Of a stretch of 64,000 nt of DNA, positions 59,516 through 64,000 are shown piece by piece (the first letter of the stretch is position 1; the number at the start of each line of letters is the position of its first letter). The position numbers and the translations under genes were made by a program. The notes under the pieces are model-generated. The model saw only the letters and a list, made by a program, of their open reading frames with translations, ran no database searches and was not told the DNA's origin. The stretch lies in the NCBI GenBank assembly GCA_963924565.1, contig OZ004610.1, positions 31,620,001 through 31,684,000 on the forward strand, given 5' to 3'. The stretch is from Ascidiella aspersa. Taxonomy: Eukaryota.

Positions 59516-62430
59516 AAGCGCCCCGGATGGAAATTTTCGACTTTTTGTTGTTTCGCGTCCCGGTCTCACACCATACATTGATATCTATATTCTTTCTGTA
59601 TTCTATACGAATTTTGTTTCGACATCCTCGACCGACACATCACAATCAGTATACTACCATGTTCTTCTTAACCATGTGTAAAGCATATTGCGCCAATATC
59701 GACCAACAAGCACATTCCAGCTTACAGCAGTTGTTCAACAAACCAGAAAACTCGAGCCTCAATTTCAGCAGCACAGCTGTGCTTGCAAGATGGAGCCCCT
59801 TTAAACTGTTTGAGAGCAAGCGGTCTCCCCCTTCCGAAAGAGTCAGTCTCACCCCCACGTAACTGTGACGCAACAAAAGCCTCCCTGTCTACCTCGCATC
59901 CGACGTGCCTCTCCTCTCCTCCGACTTTCTTCGTTCGCTCTGTAAATAGAAACAAATAACCTCGAGTGACCTCCCACCACCATCCACCACTTGCTGTGCA
60001 CGAGAGCGCGAAAAATCGAAAGATTTTTTTTTTTTTAAATTTTTTTTCTCGAAAAAGCCTTAGCGTTCTTGTCCGTGTGTTTTCCTTTAACTTCAACGCG
60101 AGCGGTTTATCTTGTTTTCAAGTTCTCTGATTTTTTTGGTTTTGTGTGGCGATACCAGTTCCCCAAAGATCAGCGGCGAAACTTTTTTTCACACTTTCCC
60201 AAAACGAAGCTCCGCAAATTTGCCCCCCATCCTTCGACAATCGCAAATAGCCCCTTCCGACGCCCCCAATTAGGTCCTTTTGTTTTCGAACCCCCCTTCT
60301 TTTTTGTAGCTCGTCCCCAATCGACAGCATTCTCAAAATCGCGCCAGACAACATATTTTTGCTCAACAAAAAGCCACTGACCCTTCAGCGCTCCACCATC
60401 GACGTTGTTTTTTGTTTGTTTTTTCCTCCGCCTTTTCCAACGTCGCCTACAAACGAATCTCGCGTTTTCCGTTTCCCAAGCGGCTTACTTTCTCAGGGCT
60501 CCAAATGTGTGCAAGACTTTTGTTTTTCATTGCGTGACGCGTTTTCTAGTGTGTGTGCGTGCGTTTGTGTGTGCCTTTTGGCATTTCCTTAGGGCCAGCC
60601 CTGGCCTAATTCTCATTATACTTTCATAGCTTGAGGTACATGCCTATAGGCTGACTACTAACCAAAGCGTAGGGTAGAGTTCTCAGGCTGCTCGCAATTA
60701 ATTCTATAAGCTATGCGTTCATATGCGCCCCATTACCCAGGTCTATTACTTCCGTGTGCCTATTTTCGCCCCTAGTGCGCGCGTGTGTGCGTGTTTTGCT
60801 GTGTTCTTTTTCGCCCGCTCTCCACCCCAGGAAAGTGTTGTTCGCTTTTTTTTTGTTTCGTCGCCGAGAGTTGTTCAACGACGTACTCCCCACTATTATA
60901 CCAAAAAAACAACGCGTCCGAAAATTGTGTTTTTTTTTTCTTTTTCCTCAGTGCGCCCGACGCGGCCCGATTGTGAACATTTTTCGTGTTTTTTTTTAAT
61001 TTTTTTTAATTTTTTTTTTCGTGATGCGAGCGCCCCTTGTTTATTTTGCCCTCTTCAGTTTAAGGTCGACTTAACGTTCTTCAAAGGTGGCCACAGCGCG
61101 GTCGCATTTCGACCGTTTCGCTTTCTTCAATCGACGTCAGACAAAACTTCACGCGGAGCCGAATTTTTTTCCCGATTTTCTTCACCCGGTTTCAGGGACA
61201 CACGAACATAAAACCGACCTCTTCATTTACTAACCTCGCCGATTTTTTTCGCCTAAAAGTCAAAACCGCGCGAATCCTGTGATTTTCAATTTTTCGCCGC
61301 ACACTCTTCACCAACAAGGCACCGAAGTCTCAAAAATACCGAAATCTTAAAAAAAATAGCGTTCTTCATTATTTTGCGGCCTCCATAAACCCGCTGTTAA
61401 ACCTCAAATCGCGCCATTTTCTAGCGTTTTTTACAGGCCGACAGAGCCTCTACAGTTGATCTACGATACTTACTTCCATTTCGCAACGCTCAAAAAACCG
61501 CCGAGCCCTCACAGCTTTTGCTTTCGACCAAATCGTTTTTTTAAGAGACCAAACCTCACCTGATTGCACGACGCCACCATTTTTTCGGCCCACAAACGTT
61601 ACTACGGAATTTCTGTCTTCTTTAGTAGGAATCCTTTGTTTGCGGGAAGTGTCTTACTTTTGTCCCACTTACTCAGGACTTGTGGCACGCGCTTGGGAAA
61701 AAAAAACCTTACTGTTACCGTTCGCCTGTGTTTTTGATCGCGTTTCGTTTTCCGCCTTTAACCAATCAGCCGTCTCCGCTTTTTTCGCGTTTGCATATTT
61801 TTTTGTTTCGTTCGTTTTCGCGCTGTTTTTTTTTTCTAATCGCACTCGTGACTAATTTATCGTCCAAAATGATACCTCAATCACTTTATGCCAGCAGCAG
61901 CAGGAGCGCCAACTACCGGCCGCTTTTTTCATGTGGAAACAACCACGTCTGGCGCTAAGGCATCGCTTGTTTTTTGCCACGCTACCTCAACCGACGGGCG
62001 GCGTGATTTCCGTGGTTTTTGTCCCTTTTTTCGCCCGTTTTTCCGTTTCGTAGAAAAACCCCCGATTTTGCGAAGTTGTCCCTTTTTGTTGGTAAATTTT
62101 TCGGCTTTTTTGTCACTTTTTTTCGTATAATCCACGCTCGAGTTCGGCCGGAGTTATTTTGTTTTGTGCATACCCAGAAAAAAAACCTATAGTTGTGTAA
62201 TGTGCGACTTGTGTGTGTTTGAGTTGTTGTTTCGACTGACTGATGAGAAATACCAGCAACATACGGACAAATATGCTACGCTGTGCCCCCCCAATTTTTT
62301 TTGTTTGAGCGTGCGAACGTCAGTCCCCCTCCCCGTCTTTCCCGACAAATCCATTATTTCAGATTGATTCCTATTTTGTTGTCGCCCTTTGTCGCCGAGT
62401 GTGGCAAATAAAGCACGCGCACATTGACTT
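59516..62430 (+). other. Putative long 3'UTR of GCNF
   Basis: U-rich, free of the dispersed repeats seen everywhere else; first AATAAA seen is at 62407-62412; repeats resume downstream. Confidence 0.6.
62407..62412 (+). terminator. Candidate polyadenylation signal AATAAA
   Basis: First canonical hexamer seen after the stop codon, followed by U/GU-rich sequence. Confidence 0.5.
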
Positions 62431-63059
62431 TTCGTGAGTTCTTGAAAAAAAAGCGACCGAAAAATTAAGCTGCCAATTTGTGAAGGTTTTAGAACTAGCT
62501 GTTCTAGGTGTTTCCATATTTCATAAGCTTGAAAGGTCAATTCTTAATTATTGTTTGGTTCACGTTTGGTTAAAAAAATTGTTTCGAGTTTTAGGTCATA
62601 ACAAAGTTAGCACAAAGCAGTCTTTTTCCTATCTACGCCTGTTGTTGGTTTTCAACTTTGGTGTTTGGTTAGGTATTCACTTAACCAAAACCAGACCTAA
62701 CGCGAGTATACTTGGAAAAATAAAGATTCAATTGAAATTTTTTCAAATTAAAGTACCACATTCTAATGGGCAATGACTTTTTCGACAATGTTGTTTGGTT
62801 CAAATTTGAGTAATTTTCAAGGTTTTGTTGAATCAGTTTGTGGTTGGTTTACACAGTTTAGGTAACTGTAAAACCTTTAGCTTTCGTAAGGTGGACGACA
62901 GAAATAAAATTTGAGCAGTTTAGCTTTTAAGGAGGGACAGTTAAGTTAAGAAACAAAAAAGTTCTTACTCAATTAAATCCATTCCCAATAAAATTCGTGC
63001 TACGTGCTTTCTATACAGTTTACCTTATGCCGGACTCCAGCCATAAGACCGAAATTAGA

Positions 63060-63585
63060 CAATATCAGCGTCGGAAAAAAAATAGAACACAGTTTGGAAT
63101 AAGACCTAAATAGGACTAATACCTATTCGTCGTTATAACGTCTAAATCGGAATAAGACCTAAACACGTCGGAATAATACCAAAATGGCCCAAATAAGGCC
63201 TCTAACCCTAAACCCCACCCTAACTTCATCAGTAATGATTTCAATCCTAACCCGATTTCTAATTCTACCCATTGCCCACCATTAACCCCAAACAGGTCGA
63301 AACAATCATGTGTCAAAATTGCGGCATCCAAACGTTGACACCAAAACGGCCGATCAAAGACCGGTGTGACTTAATCGCCCCATAACCTTTACCTACAGTT
63401 TGAGGCGTTATTTTTCCATTTAGGACTTATTCCGATAGGGTTAGATCTTATTCAGACGATTTTAGATTTAGTCTGTCGTGGATCTTATTGCAGTTTTCAT
63501 CTTTATTATGTCGTTGATCTTTGATACTATGGTATTGTAGATTGTTCTGATTTACATATTATTGCTTTGTAGGTATTTTCGCGTG
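63060..63585. repeat. Dispersed repeat with ggaataagacctaaa subunits in inverted arrangement; relative at ~27075-27270
   Basis: Repeated ggaataagacctaaa / tttaggacttattccga; shared aaccatagtatt... Confidence 0.55.
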
Positions 63586-64000
63586 TCCCCTTTTTGTCAC
63601 TCTGCGGAGGTATGAATAGCTTATCACATTACAGTTATTCGTACAAGGCAAACAAAAACTGATAAATGCTTACAATAAGGACAATCGTTTTGTGTTGCAA
63701 ATCTCAGCCTTTGTTTTGCCTTGTGTAGGCCTCTGTTCTAATGTGAAGCGGCAATGTGGCAATAAGATTCAGTTTCGAAATATCATTCATCAAAAACAGT
63801 AGGCCTAACAAGCAGTTTTGTAAACAAGTCATTTTGAAATGACTCAAGTCTGAGTCTAGTCATTTTTAGAATAACTTAAGTCCAAGTCAAGTCTTTTCGA
63901 ATAAATAACAAGACAAGTTCTAGCACTGTCATAAACATTTCACCTTCCCGTACGATTATGAGCATTACCCCAACTAAAAATAACAAAAACGCAACATACA

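Noticed and set aside
1-64000. Autonomous Penelope RT/GIY-YIG or transposase ORF
   Set aside because: No long ORF or RT/endonuclease motif in the six-frame track; the mobilising enzymes must be encoded elsewhere.

Overview
AT-rich metazoan genomic DNA, probably an invertebrate chordate such as a tunicate (taxon inferred, not established). One complete protein-coding gene is supported: an 11-coding-exon nuclear receptor GCNF/NR6A1 on the + strand (CDS 33937..59515; the exons splice in frame to 2316 nt, 771 aa). It follows a ~33 kb region with no other intact gene and precedes a ~2.9 kb, repeat-free putative 3'UTR carrying let-7 and miR-125 seed sites. Main hidden system: at least five unrelated families of short dispersed elements, mostly long palindromes, whose centres carry minimal type I hammerhead ribozyme motifs (CUGANGA-N-stem II-GAAA-CG-UH) of the kind known from Penelope-like retroelements. 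The most abundant family (>=11 copies) has a fixed compensatory U3:A8 core (UUGAAAA). One insertion shows a long flanking duplication, with an empty-site paralogue in the same window. Also present: an orphan RBM4/lark-like RRM exon on the - strand, hAT-type MITEs, minisatellites and local duplications. All calls come from reading the sequence by eye; no searches were run.
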